This document shows, piece after piece, positions 7,528 through 17,937 of a stretch of 64,000 bases of DNA. The position numbers and the translations under genes are program-made. The notes beneath the pieces are model-generated. The model searched no databases, was not told where the DNA came from, and saw only the letters and a program-made list of their open reading frames with translations. Within the stretch, counting starts at the first letter, position 1. Each line of letters opens with the position of its first letter. This DNA is from Patescibacteria group bacterium (GTDB lineage Bacteria; Patescibacteriota; Saccharimonadia; Saccharimonadales; CAYUUR01), in the NCBI GenBank assembly GCA_052034685.1, contig JBPOIH010000007.1, positions 13,249 through 77,248 on the forward strand. Reading direction: 5' to 3'.

Positions 7528-10500
7528 TTAGGCTTCGGTGGTAACTTTTGAAGCGACTTTAGGATCGTCAAGCTCAGGACGATAGCCGGTACCAACAGGT
7601 ATGCGACGTCCCAAGATAACGTTTTCCTTCAAGCCATACAGGTGGTCAACCTTACCACTGGTTGCTGCGGCAATCAGCACACGAGTAGTGTCTTGGAAGC
7701 TCGCAGCACTCAAGAACGACTCAGTTGATAGTGACGACTTAGTGATACCAAGTAGCAACTGTACAAACTTAGCTGGAGCTTTACCGTCAGCTACAAGCCG
7801 CTCGTTTTCTTCAATGACAGCGATTTTACTGACGATGTCGCCAGTTACAAATTCACTATCACCAGATTCCTCAATCTGCACGCGGCCAAACATCTGACGC
7901 ACGATGATTTCAAGGTGCTTATCTGCAATGTTCTGACCTTGTGAGGCAAAGATACGCAAGATTTCGTTCATGATGTAACGCTGCGTTACTTCAACACCTT
8001 GTAGGCGCATCAGTTCGTGCAGGTTAATCGAACCATTGGTGAGTCTTTGACCAGCAACAACTTCGTCACCGTCTTTGACAACCATTTGCTTGAATCCTGG
8101 GATCTCATAGCGGGCTGTTGGCTGATCTGAAGGCGTAATGACAATCTTGTCCTTGCGCACTGCAATCTTACCAGCAACAGGTACTACCAGCGGGCTAGAA
8201 GCGTTCTGGCCAGTAGCAACTACGTCACCTACGGATACTTCAGCACCGTCTTCAATATCAGCAGTTCTTCCCTTAAGAGCGAGCTCTACTTTTTCCTTGC
8301 TGTTAGAGGTTACTTCTACTACATACTGATTGCCATCTTCCCAGAGTCGGACTGTTCCAGCCATTTCACTCAAGTAAGCCTGACCCTTTGGAGTACGTAC
8401 TTCAAAGATTTCTTCAACACGTGGCAAACCTTGCGTAATGTCGTCAGCCGCAGCAGAACCACCAGAGTGGAAGGTTCGAAGCGTCAACTGCGTACCAGGT
8501 TCACCGATACTTTGTGCGGCAATCACACCAATTGGGTGACGGTTTGCAACGACTTCGCCAGTAGCAGGGTCGAGACCGTATGACTTACGTGATACGCCTC
8601 GTACGCTAGTACAGCTCAGCACGCTCATGATACGAACGCCATCAAGCGATTCATCGGCCTCAATGGCGGCAGCTTTTTCACGAGTGATAGCGTCGCCTTT
8701 TTTGACAATCTTGCCAATGTTTTCTGCAGCATAACGACCTTCTAGTCGTGATGAATAGCTCACACCAATTTCTTTGGCGTCAGAGCGGTAGATGGCAAAA
8801 CCATGGTCTTCACAGTCTTCTTCAAGTGTAAAGACATCTTGTGCGACATCAACCAAACGACGAGTCAGATAGCCTGAGTCAGCTGTCTTGAGGGCGGTGT
8901 CGATCATACCCTTACGAGCACCACGGGTGGCCGTAAAGTACTCGAGCGGAGAAAAGCCATACTTATAGTTTGACTTAACTGGTAGCTCAATCGTGCGACC
9001 GGTAGCATCTGCAACTGGTCCAAGCATACCGACAGCTGTCGTTACCTGACCGAGGTTACCACGAGCACCAGATACTACAGCGATAGACATAGAACTGTCT
9101 TCGTTAGCAAACTGTGCAGCCAAGGTTTCCTGAACAGTCGCATATACCTTACCCCAAGTTTCAACAACGAGGCGGTAACGTTCTTCTTCAGTGATGAAAC
9201 CTTGATCGTACTGATCGCTGATTTCTGCACCTTTGCGTTCACCTTCGGCCAAGATCTCTTTAAGACCCTTAATGTCGCTGAAGTCACTCATACCCATAGA
9301 CAAACCTGAAACAGTCGCATAGGTGAATCCGAGGTCCTTCAGATCATCAGCGATCTCTGCAGTCTTGTCTTGTCCGTAGTTTTCGTACACCTGCGACATG
9401 ACTTGCTGCAAGCGTTTTTTGGTCATAGCGTCGTCTTGGAATGGGAAGTCTTCTGGGAAGATTTCATTAAAGAGTACGCGACCAAGCGTTGTCTCACGAG
9501 TAACACCACGGAATGGAATCCGTACATGTGTCTGTAAGCTGAGAGATCCGCCATCAAGCGCCATAAGCGCTTCGTCAAGGCCTGAGAAGCCACGAATTTT
9601 CTTGTCTTCACTGGCTGCGCGGTCGTATGTTAGATAGTAACAGCCGAGCACAATATCTTGCTCGATATGGAGGATTGGCGAACCGTCGGCAGGTTTGAGT
9701 AGGTTCTTGTTGCTTGCCATGATGTTCTTAGCTTCATCTTGTGCAGCATCGCTCAAAGGCAAGTGCACGGCCATCTGGTCACCATCAAAGTCAGCGTTGA
9801 AACCTTTACATACGAGTGGGTGTAGCTGAATTGCTTTACCTTCAATCAACACTGGTTGGAAAGCCTGGATCGAAAGACGGTGCAATGATGGAGCACGGTT
9901 CAATAGTACGTATTTGCCCTGGATGACTTTATCAAGTGCATCCCAGACAGGTGTTTCGCCGGCTTCGATCATGCGTGTTGCAGAACGAATGTTGTGAGCG
10001 TGCTCGTTTTCGATGAGTTCACCAATGACAAATGGCTTGAATAGCTCAAGAGCCATCATCTTAGGGAGACCACACTGGCTGATCTTGAGTTCTGGTCCAG
10101 CAACAATCACTGAACGACCAGAATAATCAACGCGCTTACCAAGCAAGTTCTGACGGAAACGTCCTTGCTTACCCTTAAGCATGTCACTCAAAGACTTCAG
10201 ACGACGTCGTTGGCCAGTTGCCGCTACAGCACGTCCTGAACGAGCGTTACTGTTGTCGATCAAAGCATCTACTGCTTCTTGTAACATACGCTGTTCGTTA
10301 CGGCAGATAACTTCTGGAGCGTTAAGGTCCATAAGTTTCTTCAAACGGTTGTTACGGTTAATGACACGTCGGTAAAGATCGTTAAGGTCACTGGTAGCAA
10401 ATCGTCCACCGGTCAACTGCACCATTGGTCGCAGGTCTGGAGGGATCACAGGCAGAACGCTTACACAAAGACTGCTTGGCTTAATACCTGCGCGGTCCAT

Positions 10501-11346
10501 GCTTTCAAGCAAACGAAGTCGCTTCATCAGCTTCTTCTTGCGTTGTCCCTTTGCTTCTGCCGCCTCTTCTTCAAGCGACTTGATAAGTGCTCCAAGGTCA
10601 ACTTCTGTCAGTAGATCACGTAGTGCAGAACCTCCCATACCTACTTCAATGATGTCTTGGTATTCGTCGGGTAGAGCACGGTAGTCGTTCTCGCTGATAA
10701 GGGCCATCTTTACGAGTCCAACAAGCTGAGCCTTAGAAAGGTCAAATGCCTCATTTAGCTCATCAAGTTCTTTGTTCTGAGCTTCAGCCAAGGCCTTAAC
10801 GTCAGAACCTTCTTCTTTTGCTTGTGCCTCGTATCGTAGTTTGATTGCTTCTTTAGCAGCTTCAAACTCGGCTTCTTTGTCTTTGAGGAACTTGTCACGC
10901 TTATCTGTGTCAACAGACTTAATGATGTAACTCGCGAAGTAGACAACTCGCTCCAGGCTCTTAACTGTTGCACCAAGTACGAGACCCATTGCTGATGGTG
11001 TACCACGAAGGAACCAAATGTGTGCAACTGGTGTAGCAAGGCTAATATGACCCATACGTTCACGTCGCACAATGCTCTTGGTTACAAGTTCGCCTTTTTT
11101 GTCGACAGCAGCTTCGCGTGAGCGAACGCCCTTGTACTTAGCATCATGTGGGTTAATGTCTTTGACCGGACCAAAGATCCTCTCACAGAATAGGCCGTCG
11201 CGTTCTGGTTTCTGTGTTCGATAATTGATTGTTTCTGGCTTGGTTACTTCACCGTGTGACCAGTCAAGAATATCTCCTGAGCTGGCAACGGCTAGGCGTA
11301 CCGCGTCAAAATCTGCAATATCTGTTCCGCTTGAGTAACGACGCAT
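7528..11346 (-). CDS. rpoC: DNA-directed RNA polymerase subunit beta-prime
   Basis: 1272 aa with [34 protein letters not shown] and [10 protein letters not shown]. Its ATG overlaps the rpoB stop as TAATG. It has a lineage-specific insertion near residues 110-300. Confidence 0.97.
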   Translation of the reverse strand: MRRYSSGTDIADFDAVRLAVASSGDILDWSHGEVTKPETINYRTQKPERDGLFCERIFGPVKDINPHDAKYKGVRSREAAVDKKGELVTKSIVRRERMGHISLATPVAHIWFLRGTPSAMGLVLGATVKSLERVVYFASYIIKSVDTDKRDKFLKDKEAEFEAAKEAIKLRYEAQAKEEGSDVKALAEAQNKELDELNEAFDLSKAQLVGLVKMALISENDYRALPDEYQDIIEVGMGGSALRDLLTEVDLGALIKSLEEEAAEAKGQRKKKLMKRLRLLESMDRAGIKPSSLCVSVLPVIPPDLRPMVQLTGGRFATSDLNDLYRRVINRNNRLKKLMDLNAPEVICRNEQRMLQEAVDALIDNSNARSGRAVAATGQRRRLKSLSDMLKGKQGRFRQNLLGKRVDYSGRSVIVAGPELKISQCGLPKMMALELFKPFVIGELIENEHAHNIRSATRMIEAGETPVWDALDKVIQGKYVLLNRAPSLHRLSIQAFQPVLIEGKAIQLHPLVCKGFNADFDGDQMAVHLPLSDAAQDEAKNIMASNKNLLKPADGSPILHIEQDIVLGCYYLTYDRAASEDKKIRGFSGLDEALMALDGGSLSLQTHVRIPFRGVTRETTLGRVLFNEIFPEDFPFQDDAMTKKRLQQVMSQVYENYGQDKTAEIADDLKDLGFTYATVSGLSMGMSDFSDIKGLKEILAEGERKGAEISDQYDQGFITEEERYRLVVETWGKVYATVQETLAAQFANEDSSMSIAVVSGARGNLGQVTTAVGMLGPVADATGRTIELPVKSNYKYGFSPLEYFTATRGARKGMIDTALKTADSGYLTRRLVDVAQDVFTLEEDCEDHGFAIYRSDAKEIGVSYSSRLEGRYAAENIGKIVKKGDAITREKAAAIEADESLDGVRIMSVLSCTSVRGVSRKSYGLDPATGEVVANRHPIGVIAAQSIGEPGTQLTLRTFHSGGSAAADDITQGLPRVEEIFEVRTPKGQAYLSEMAGTVRLWEDGNQYVVEVTSNSKEKVELALKGRTADIEDGAEVSVGDVVATGQNASSPLVVPVAGKIAVRKDKIVITPSDQPTARYEIPGFKQMVVKDGDEVVAGQRLTNGSINLHELMRLQGVEVTQRYIMNEILRIFASQGQNIADKHLEIIVRQMFGRVQIEESGDSEFVTGDIVSKIAVIEENERLVADGKAPAKFVQLLLGITKSSLSTESFLSAASFQDTTRVLIAAATSGKVDHLYGLKENVILGRRIPVGTGYRPELDDPKVASKVTTEA

Positions 11347-14300
11347 TACGCTACCTCCTTCTCTGCTTCATCATCTGAGACGGCTACCGAAGCCTCGTCT
11401 GCATCATCGGATGTATCATCCGCAACTACTGTCGTGGTTGCACTGCCGTGCAGTTCATCGTCAAGTTCCATCATGGCAAACTCGTCTGTGACTGCATCTT
11501 CAGTAATATCGATGTTGTTAATTTCTTCTGTAGGCACAGGAACGTCTGAAATATGTGCTGCTTCGTCTTTGACGTTGTCAGCAAGCACTTCTTCAGCGTC
11601 AATGACAGCATCTGATGTTACGAGGTCAACCTTAAGGCCAAGACCTTGTAGCTCTTTTACAAGCACGTTGAACGATTCAGGGACCTTTGGTCCAACAATC
11701 TCTGTCTTCTTAATGATAGACTCGTAAGCTTTGCTACGACCATACACATCGTCTGACTTGATAGTCAGCATTTCTTGCAAGGTGTTTGATGCGCCGTATG
11801 CTTCGAGCGCCCACACTTCCATTTCTCCAAATCGCTGACCACCGTTTTGCGCCTTACCGCCAAGAGGCTGTTGCGTCACCATGGTGTATGGACCAGTTGA
11901 ACGCGCGTGGATCTTGTCAGTAACCATGTGATTGAGCTTAATCATGTACATACTACCGACGGTAGTGCGTTCCTTGAAGGCTTCACCGGTACGCCCATCA
12001 TAGAGCTGCTGCTTGCCGTCTTCTGGCAGACCAGCCTCTTTGAGGAGTTCTTGGATAGTCGTAATCTTAACACCGTCGAATGATGGACTTGCAACGGTAA
12101 TACCGAGTGCGCGAGCTGCCATACCAAGGTGTGTTTCAAACAGCTGTCCTACGTTCATACGACTTGGCACGCCCAACGGGTTCAACACGATGTCGATTGG
12201 CGTACCATCTTCTGTGAATGGCATGTCTTCAATCGGCATAACGCGGGCGATAACACCCTTGTTACCGTGACGTCCACCAAGCTTATCGCCAACAGAGATC
12301 TTGCGCATTTGAGCCACAAAGACTTGGATCTGCATGATGACACCAGCTTTGAGTTCATGTCCGTTCGCACGTGAGAAGACTTTGACGCCAACAACTTTAC
12401 CGTGCTTACCGTTACTCATACGCTGTGATGTATCACGAACTTCTTTGGCTTTTTCACCAAAGATAGCTCGCAGCAAGCGTTCTTCGCTAGAAAGCTCTTG
12501 TTCGCCCTTTGGCGTAATCTTACCAACCAAGATGTCTCCTGGGTGGACTTCTGCACCAATACGGACAATACCGTCTTCATCAAGGTGACGAAGTGCGTCT
12601 TCTGAAACATTCGGGATATCACGAGTAACAATTTCAGGGCCTAACTTTGTCTCGCGAACTTCCGTCATGTAGTCCACGATATGAACTGATGTCAGCGTGT
12701 CGTCTTCCACGAGTTTACGAGAGATGATGATAGCATCTTCAAAGTTGTAACCACGCCATGGCATGAATGCTACAAAGAGATCCTTGCCAAGTGCCAGTTC
12801 GCCCTTAGAGATCGACATACCTTCGATAAGCACATCGTCTTTTTTAACCTTCTGACCAGCTGTTACGACAACCTTTTGGTTGATGCTAGTGCCTTCGTTG
12901 CTACGAACGTAGTGAAGTGGTTCGTACTTGACGCTGCCGCTCTTGTATTTAACAACTACTTCGTCAGCTGAGGCCCGCGTTACTTCACCGGCGTCTTCAG
13001 CAAGGATCATTTGACCACTGTTACGAGCAACAGCACCTTCTAGACCAGTACCAACAATTGGCGCTTGTGGCTTAATAAGCGGAACAGCTTGACGCTGCTG
13101 GTTACTACCCATCAATGAGCGATACACATAGTTCTTTTCAATGAACGGAATCAGACCGGCTGATGAACCGATAATCTGCTTACGCGATGCATCCATGTGT
13201 GTTACATCGTTAGAATCAACTTCACCTGTCTGCAAGCGGTTACGAGCACTCACGCGCTCACTTACAAAGTAGCCGTTTTCATCAAGTTCTTCAGTAGCGT
13301 TAGCGATGGTCGCTGATTCTTCTGCAGATGCGTCAAGATAGATAACTTCATTTGTTACCTTGGCTCGTACCGGCCATGTTACTTGATTCTTGACGGTTGC
13401 TAGCTTTTTAGCATCTGCATCCGTAATCGTTGCACCAGCCTTGACAATAACTTTACCTTTTTCGTCTTCGAGGTTAACTCGAGCAATATAGCCAGCTGCA
13501 TCTTTAGCAGTAACAGCGTTAACTACTTTACGGTACGGTGTTTCAACCAATCCGTAGTCATTAATTCGAGCATAGCTAGCAAGGTTTAGTACCAAGCCGA
13601 TGTTGGCGCCTTCTGGAGTTTCAACTGCACAGATACGACCGTAGTGGGTGGCATGCGCGTCACGTACTTCAAAACCGGCACGTTCACGAGACAATCCACC
13701 AGGACCCATTGAACTCAGGCGTCGCTTGTGAGCAAGCTCAGACAGTGGGTTAATCTGATCCATGAACTGAGAAAGCTGTGATGAAGCAAAGAATTCACGC
13801 ACCGCAGCAACAATTGGACGAGCATTGATGAGCTGGCCGGGAGTAACCGTCTCAATCTCTGACATGCTCATTCTGTCCTTAGTATTGCGTTCCATACGGA
13901 GCAAACCGATACGGAATTGTCGTTGTACGAGTTCGCCAACCAATTTAACACGACGGTTTGCGAGTGAATCGATATCGTCAGCAGGTTCCTGCGTGTTATT
14001 AAGGCGGATAAGCTCTGCAATAATCGCCGTAAGGTCTTCAAGACGCATAATACGGTTTTCTGCAGTGTTAGGGATGTCGATGTTCAGACGTTTGTTGATC
14101 TTATAACGACCAACACGACTAAAGTCAAAACGCTTGAAGTTATAGAACATGTTTTCTAGTAGACTTCGCGCGTTGTCTACTGTTGCAAGATCACCGGGTC
14201 GCAAGCGACGATAAACTTCAATCAAGGCATCATTTGTGCCACGAGCAGGGTCCTTGTCAAGCGTTGCAGTAATGTGGCTTAGTTTACCCTGATCAACATG

Positions 14301-14933
14301 TGCAAACGTTTCACGCATTTGGTTTTCATTGAGACCAAGCGCACGCAACAGCGTTGTTACTGGTATCTTACGCTTACGGTCAATTTTGACATACAGAGCA
14401 CCGTTCGCGGCGGTCTCAAACTCAAGCCATGCGCCACGGCCAGGAATAACTTTAGCGCCGTAAAGATTAGTAGTACCGTGCATATCGGCAGTAAAGAAAA
14501 CACCAGCAGAACGGATCAGCTGGCTTACAACAACGCGTTCAGCGCCATTAATGATAAACGTACCGCGAGTGGTCATCCATGGGTAATCACCGAGGTAAAT
14601 TTCTTGTTCTTTAACTTCGCCAGTGACTTTATTAGTCAGTTCGACCACTGCCTTAAGCGGTGCGTCATAACTAACATTGTTTTCTCTGGCTTCTGCCTCT
14701 GACATCTTTGGTGTTTCAAAGCGGTAATCCTTGAAACGAAGACTTAGTTTTGTGCCCGTATAGTCATCTATAGGGCTGATTTCACTCAAAAGCTCCCCAA
14801 GACCTTCTTCTACAAACCACTGAAATGATTTGTTCTGATGGTCTACGAGGTTTGGTAGCTTGAGAGCGTCGTCGCTAGTAGTGAAGAAAACGCGTTCCTT
14901 CGATTTGATAAGGTCTGACAAACTCTTGCTCAT
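11346..14933 (-). CDS. rpoB: DNA-directed RNA polymerase subunit beta
   Basis: Beta-subunit motifs throughout (GDKLAGRHGNKGV, NPLGVPSRMNVGQ). I took the start at MSKSLSDLIKSKERVFF (14933), which has a GGGAG Shine-Dalgarno. The track extends 35 codons to 15038; I rejected that. The protein has an acidic C-terminal tail. Confidence 0.95.
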   Translation of the reverse strand: MSKSLSDLIKSKERVFFTTSDDALKLPNLVDHQNKSFQWFVEEGLGELLSEISPIDDYTGTKLSLRFKDYRFETPKMSEAEARENNVSYDAPLKAVVELTNKVTGEVKEQEIYLGDYPWMTTRGTFIINGAERVVVSQLIRSAGVFFTADMHGTTNLYGAKVIPGRGAWLEFETAANGALYVKIDRKRKIPVTTLLRALGLNENQMRETFAHVDQGKLSHITATLDKDPARGTNDALIEVYRRLRPGDLATVDNARSLLENMFYNFKRFDFSRVGRYKINKRLNIDIPNTAENRIMRLEDLTAIIAELIRLNNTQEPADDIDSLANRRVKLVGELVQRQFRIGLLRMERNTKDRMSMSEIETVTPGQLINARPIVAAVREFFASSQLSQFMDQINPLSELAHKRRLSSMGPGGLSRERAGFEVRDAHATHYGRICAVETPEGANIGLVLNLASYARINDYGLVETPYRKVVNAVTAKDAAGYIARVNLEDEKGKVIVKAGATITDADAKKLATVKNQVTWPVRAKVTNEVIYLDASAEESATIANATEELDENGYFVSERVSARNRLQTGEVDSNDVTHMDASRKQIIGSSAGLIPFIEKNYVYRSLMGSNQQRQAVPLIKPQAPIVGTGLEGAVARNSGQMILAEDAGEVTRASADEVVVKYKSGSVKYEPLHYVRSNEGTSINQKVVVTAGQKVKKDDVLIEGMSISKGELALGKDLFVAFMPWRGYNFEDAIIISRKLVEDDTLTSVHIVDYMTEVRETKLGPEIVTRDIPNVSEDALRHLDEDGIVRIGAEVHPGDILVGKITPKGEQELSSEERLLRAIFGEKAKEVRDTSQRMSNGKHGKVVGVKVFSRANGHELKAGVIMQIQVFVAQMRKISVGDKLGGRHGNKGVIARVMPIEDMPFTEDGTPIDIVLNPLGVPSRMNVGQLFETHLGMAARALGITVASPSFDGVKITTIQELLKEAGLPEDGKQQLYDGRTGEAFKERTTVGSMYMIKLNHMVTDKIHARSTGPYTMVTQQPLGGKAQNGGQRFGEMEVWALEAYGASNTLQEMLTIKSDDVYGRSKAYESIIKKTEIVGPKVPESFNVLVKELQGLGLKVDLVTSDAVIDAEEVLADNVKDEAAHISDVPVPTEEINNIDITEDAVTDEFAMMELDDELHGSATTTVVADDTSDDADEASVAVSDDEAEKEVA

Positions 14934-15073
14934 GTAAAGCAATACTCCCGTGTTATAAATTGATTGTTTTTGGTTACTCTTGCGCGCGAAGACTCTAAGA
15001 GGGGGTTTTAGGTGCTTATCTGTGCTTTTGAGAGGCAACTACAGCACTACCCACTTACCCTACTTCTCGGTGT

Positions 15074-15102
15074 ATTCTATCTATCAATAACACAAGTGTC
15101 AA
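15074..15102 (-). promoter_or_regulatory. Candidate sigma-70-type promoter for rpoB-rpoC
   Basis: The minus strand reads TTGACA-cttgtgttattgataga-TAGAAT with a 17-nt spacer, about 140 nt upstream of the rpoB ATG and directly after the stop of the upstream ORF. Confidence 0.5.
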
Positions 15103-15112
15103 GCGCTTGGCA

Positions 15113-15778
15113 TCAACTCATTGAGATCTGATGTAAGCCACGACCTATCTCTTTGTCGCCAACAATGCCTAAAATTTCAATAAACAAGCGATTCATATTG
15201 GGTGCTTCATAAGCGGTTTGTTCAATAGTAAATTGGCCCAGCCTGAGTGTCTCTGGATCGCTGCGTTGTTCAAATCTGGTTTGGTCAACCAGCTCTTCAA
15301 GGAATTCTTCACCCTTCCAAACATGTATGCTTACTGGTTGATCATTGCACTCACGTAAAGCCAAAGCAGCCATAACATAGGTCATAGCTTGATCGGGTGC
15401 AATCAACTCTCTTATAACTCGGTAACGGTGTGGCAAGAGTTCAGAAACATGGAGTTTAGCTGCGCGCTCTATGCTTCCAATTGGCCAGGGCCGCTTACTC
15501 GATACATTGTCGGCCGTAGTGCAGATCGCATCAAGCCCAGATGCACTGTCATGAACGACAACGCTTCGGTGTGCGTAACGTTGCCGAGAACGGTTGAGTT
15601 CAGTACCAACGGTACGGTTTGGATACGCCCAGTTAAGCGGTTCTGTATTTGCAACCGCTGCACCGCGTTGCACTCCAAGCATTTGAGCATAATAACCAAG
15701 ACGTAATTCTTGCACCTCAGGCCAGTGTTGCTGCATGAGCTCCGCTGGCGTTGTTTCGGCATAAGCTGAGTGTTCCAT
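15113..15778 (-). CDS. Hypothetical protein (221 aa) between clpP and rpoB
   Basis: ORF MEHSAYAETTPAELMQQHWPEVQELRLGYYAQML... I recognise no motif in it. It occupies the position where rplKAJL usually precedes rpoB. Confidence 0.5.
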   Translation of the reverse strand: MEHSAYAETTPAELMQQHWPEVQELRLGYYAQMLGVQRGAAVANTEPLNWAYPNRTVGTELNRSRQRYAHRSVVVHDSASGLDAICTTADNVSSKRPWPIGSIERAAKLHVSELLPHRYRVIRELIAPDQAMTYVMAALALRECNDQPVSIHVWKGEEFLEELVDQTRFEQRSDPETLRLGQFTIEQTAYEAPNMNRLFIEILGIVGDKEIGRGLHQISMS

Positions 15779-15819
15779 AATGTTATGGTAGCACAGCCTA
15801 CACGCTGAAACATGAGCGT

Positions 15820-16428
15820 TTACTTTGGCGGGTTGTCTATGATCTTATCGACAATGCCGTATTTGAGTGACTCAGTAGCAGTCATCCACTTATCGCGTTC
15901 CATGTCTTCGTGAATTTTAGCTACTTTTTGACCAGTGTTTTTAGCCATAATCTCTTCAAGTAACTTCTTAACGCGCAGACTTTCACGCAGGTCAATTTCT
16001 TGATCTGTTACTTTTCCACGAGTACCACTGGAAGGCTGATGAACCATCACGGATGCATTTGGCAAGATCATGCGCTTACCTTTGGTGCCGCTGCTTAGTA
16101 TAAATGCTGCTGCACTCGCCTGAATGCCAATGCCGACAGTTTGGATATCACTCTTAACAAAGTTCATAGTGTCGTAGATCGCCAATGCATCATAGACGCT
16201 ACCGCCAGGACTGTTGATATACAGGTATATGTCTTTGCCAGGGTTTTCATTATCAAGAAAGAGCAATTGTGCCACGATAAGGTTAGCAGTATGCGGATTA
16301 ACATCTTCACCCATAAAGATAATACGGTCACGCAACAAACGAGAATATATATCGTAGGCGCGCTCCATGCGACCCTCTGATTCAATTACAGTTGGTATAA
16401 GTGCTGCGTGTGGCGTTTGAGTAGTCAT
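15820..16428 (-). CDS. clpP: ATP-dependent Clp protease proteolytic subunit
   Basis: 202 aa. The catalytic triad is alignable to E. coli ClpP: Ser in GIQASAAAF, His in MVHQPS, Asp in YGIVDKII. Confidence 0.95.
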   Translation of the reverse strand: MTTQTPHAALIPTVIESEGRMERAYDIYSRLLRDRIIFMGEDVNPHTANLIVAQLLFLDNENPGKDIYLYINSPGGSVYDALAIYDTMNFVKSDIQTVGIGIQASAAAFILSSGTKGKRMILPNASVMVHQPSSGTRGKVTDQEIDLRESLRVKKLLEEIMAKNTGQKVAKIHEDMERDKWMTATESLKYGIVDKIIDNPPK

Positions 16429-16473
16429 AACTCAACTATAGCAAAGCGAATTGGCACTCGTCAAGTGAGAGTG

Positions 16474-16767
16474 CTAGTTTGTTGTGATAGTCTGTGACAG
16501 TACTTGTGTTACACCTAGCGCGGCTGCTTCGTTCCGGCGTTCAATGTGATCGGCACCGAGATATAAACTTGCTTGAGCAACAAGCGCTGTCATGCCAGCC
16601 CCAATAGTATGAATAACGTCTTGTACTTCTATTGTAGTACTAAGATCATGCTTCACCTCAAGTACCGTCATGGCCACACTAAGCACAGCAGCACCGAGTG
16701 TTGCTATTTTGCCCATAGAACCAAGATCTTCTTGTTGTGCAAGCGTTATTGATGAATATCTTTCCAT
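16474..16767 (-). CDS. Hypothetical small hydrophobic protein (97 aa)
   Basis: MERYSSITLAQQEDLGSMGKIATLGAAVLSVAMTVLEV... It lies between the transposon's left end and clpP. Confidence 0.35.
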   Translation of the reverse strand: MERYSSITLAQQEDLGSMGKIATLGAAVLSVAMTVLEVKHDLSTTIEVQDVIHTIGAGMTALVAQASLYLGADHIERRNEAAALGVTQVLSQTITTN

Positions 16768-16809
16768 AAGAAGCCTATTATACCATACATTCCGTATGTG
16801 TCTATACTA

Positions 16810-16815
16810 TTTCAC
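16810..16815. repeat. Left copy of the candidate target-site duplication (tttcac; reads tatttcac if taken as 8 bp)
   Basis: Identical tttcac sits immediately outside both terminal inverted repeats (16810..16815 and 21460..21465). Confidence 0.6.
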
Positions 16816-16842
16816 TAGCACTAATATACTTGACTAATCAAT
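16816..16842. repeat. Left terminal inverted repeat (27 bp) of the IS1595-family cargo transposon
   Basis: TAGCACTAATATACTTGACTAATCAAT is a perfect reverse complement of 21433..21459. Confidence 0.85.
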
Positions 16843-16864
16843 AACAGGGGTGTAAACTAAAAGT

Positions 16865-17764
16865 ATGAAGTATCCGACCACCCTCCTTGAAGCAGTTCGC
16901 TACTTTTCTGACCCAGAGGTGTGCGTTTCATATATGGCTAGCTTGCGTTGGCCAGATGGTGCTATTTGCCCCACCTGTGGCCGTACAGACGTAAGCATTC
17001 TGAAAAGTCAGCAACGCTTTCAGTGTAAGTCACGTCACGCTAAACGACAGTTCTCCGTTAAGGTCGGCACCATCTTTGAAGATAGCCCACTCGGACTAGA
17101 TAAATGGCTCCCAGCTGTCTGGATGATCGTTAATTCTAAAAACGGTGTCAGCTCGTACGAAATAGCTCGAGCATTAGGCGTAACTCAAAAGACTGCTTGG
17201 TTTATGGATCATCGCATTCGAGCTGCCATGAAGTATGGTGGCTTTGACAAACTTGACGACCCCGTAGAAGCAGATGAAACCTACATAGGCGGTAAAACCA
17301 CTGAAGAGCGTGGACGGTTTAGCAATAAGTCGGCCGTTATTGGTGTCGTCGAAAAGAAAAAGAATGTTGGCCAAATACGAGCTTTCGCTACTAAACATGC
17401 TGACGCTACGGTAGCACTGCCGTTTTTGCGAGCCCAGCTCAAACAAGGTGCAACCTTGTATACAGACGAAAGCCGAATATACCATCGAGCTAAGTTCGAG
17501 TTTTTTCACGAGTCAGTTAACCACCATGACGGCGAGTATGCCCGTGGCACAGTTTCAACTACGACCATAGATGGTTTTTGGAACTTAATGAAACGCTCCA
17601 TCAAAGGAACATATACCCATGTGTCGGCTGGTCACCTAAACAAATATGTAGACGAGCACACTTATCGCTACAACACCCGTGCACTTAAAGACAGCGAACG
17701 GTTTAACCACTGGTTTAGTACTTGCAACCAGCGACTACTGTACAAAGCTTTAGTAGGTCGTTAA
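16865..17764 (+). CDS. IS1595-family (ISXO2-like) DDE transposase
   Basis: 299 aa. N-terminal zinc ribbon CPTCG...C. ISXO2-like core LDKWLPAVWMIVNSKNGVSSYEIARALGVTQKTAWFMDHRIR...TDESRIYH...HESVNHHDGEYARG...GFWNLMKRSIKGTYTHVSAGHLNKYVDEHTYRYN. Confidence 0.9.
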   Translation: MKYPTTLLEAVRYFSDPEVCVSYMASLRWPDGAICPTCGRTDVSILKSQQRFQCKSRHAKRQFSVKVGTIFEDSPLGLDKWLPAVWMIVNSKNGVSSYEIARALGVTQKTAWFMDHRIRAAMKYGGFDKLDDPVEADETYIGGKTTEERGRFSNKSAVIGVVEKKKNVGQIRAFATKHADATVALPFLRAQLKQGATLYTDESRIYHRAKFEFFHESVNHHDGEYARGTVSTTTIDGFWNLMKRSIKGTYTHVSAGHLNKYVDEHTYRYNTRALKDSERFNHWFSTCNQRLLYKALVGR

Positions 17765-17937
17765 TACTTCAGCCCATGAAGTATTAAGCTCAATACCTAA
17801 CAGATATAAGTACACTTCTTCTTATTCCTTTTTTCTTTATAAATAAAGTGGAGCATTTTCTTTTTCTTTCTTCTCGCTATACAGTGGGTAGTAACGTGAG
17901 TGTATGGTGGTAGCTTGCAGTAGATGAGGCAATCGCT

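Noticed and set aside
7601-15038. Short ORFs inside rpoC and rpoB on either strand (e.g. 7601..7897, 10755..11072, 14298..14702)
   Set aside because: They are embedded in the RNA polymerase genes. They have no independent starts with a Shine-Dalgarno and low-complexity Ser/Ala-rich translations.
14934-15038. 35-codon N-terminal extension of rpoB
   Set aside because: The beta subunit aligns from MSKSLSDLIKS with its own GGGAG Shine-Dalgarno. The extension is a basic, unconserved-looking leader.
15469-15813. 114-aa ORF overlapping the 221-aa hypothetical gene in another frame
   Set aside because: It is fully nested and overlaps clpP's downstream region. The Cys/Arg-rich translation looks like a shadow frame.
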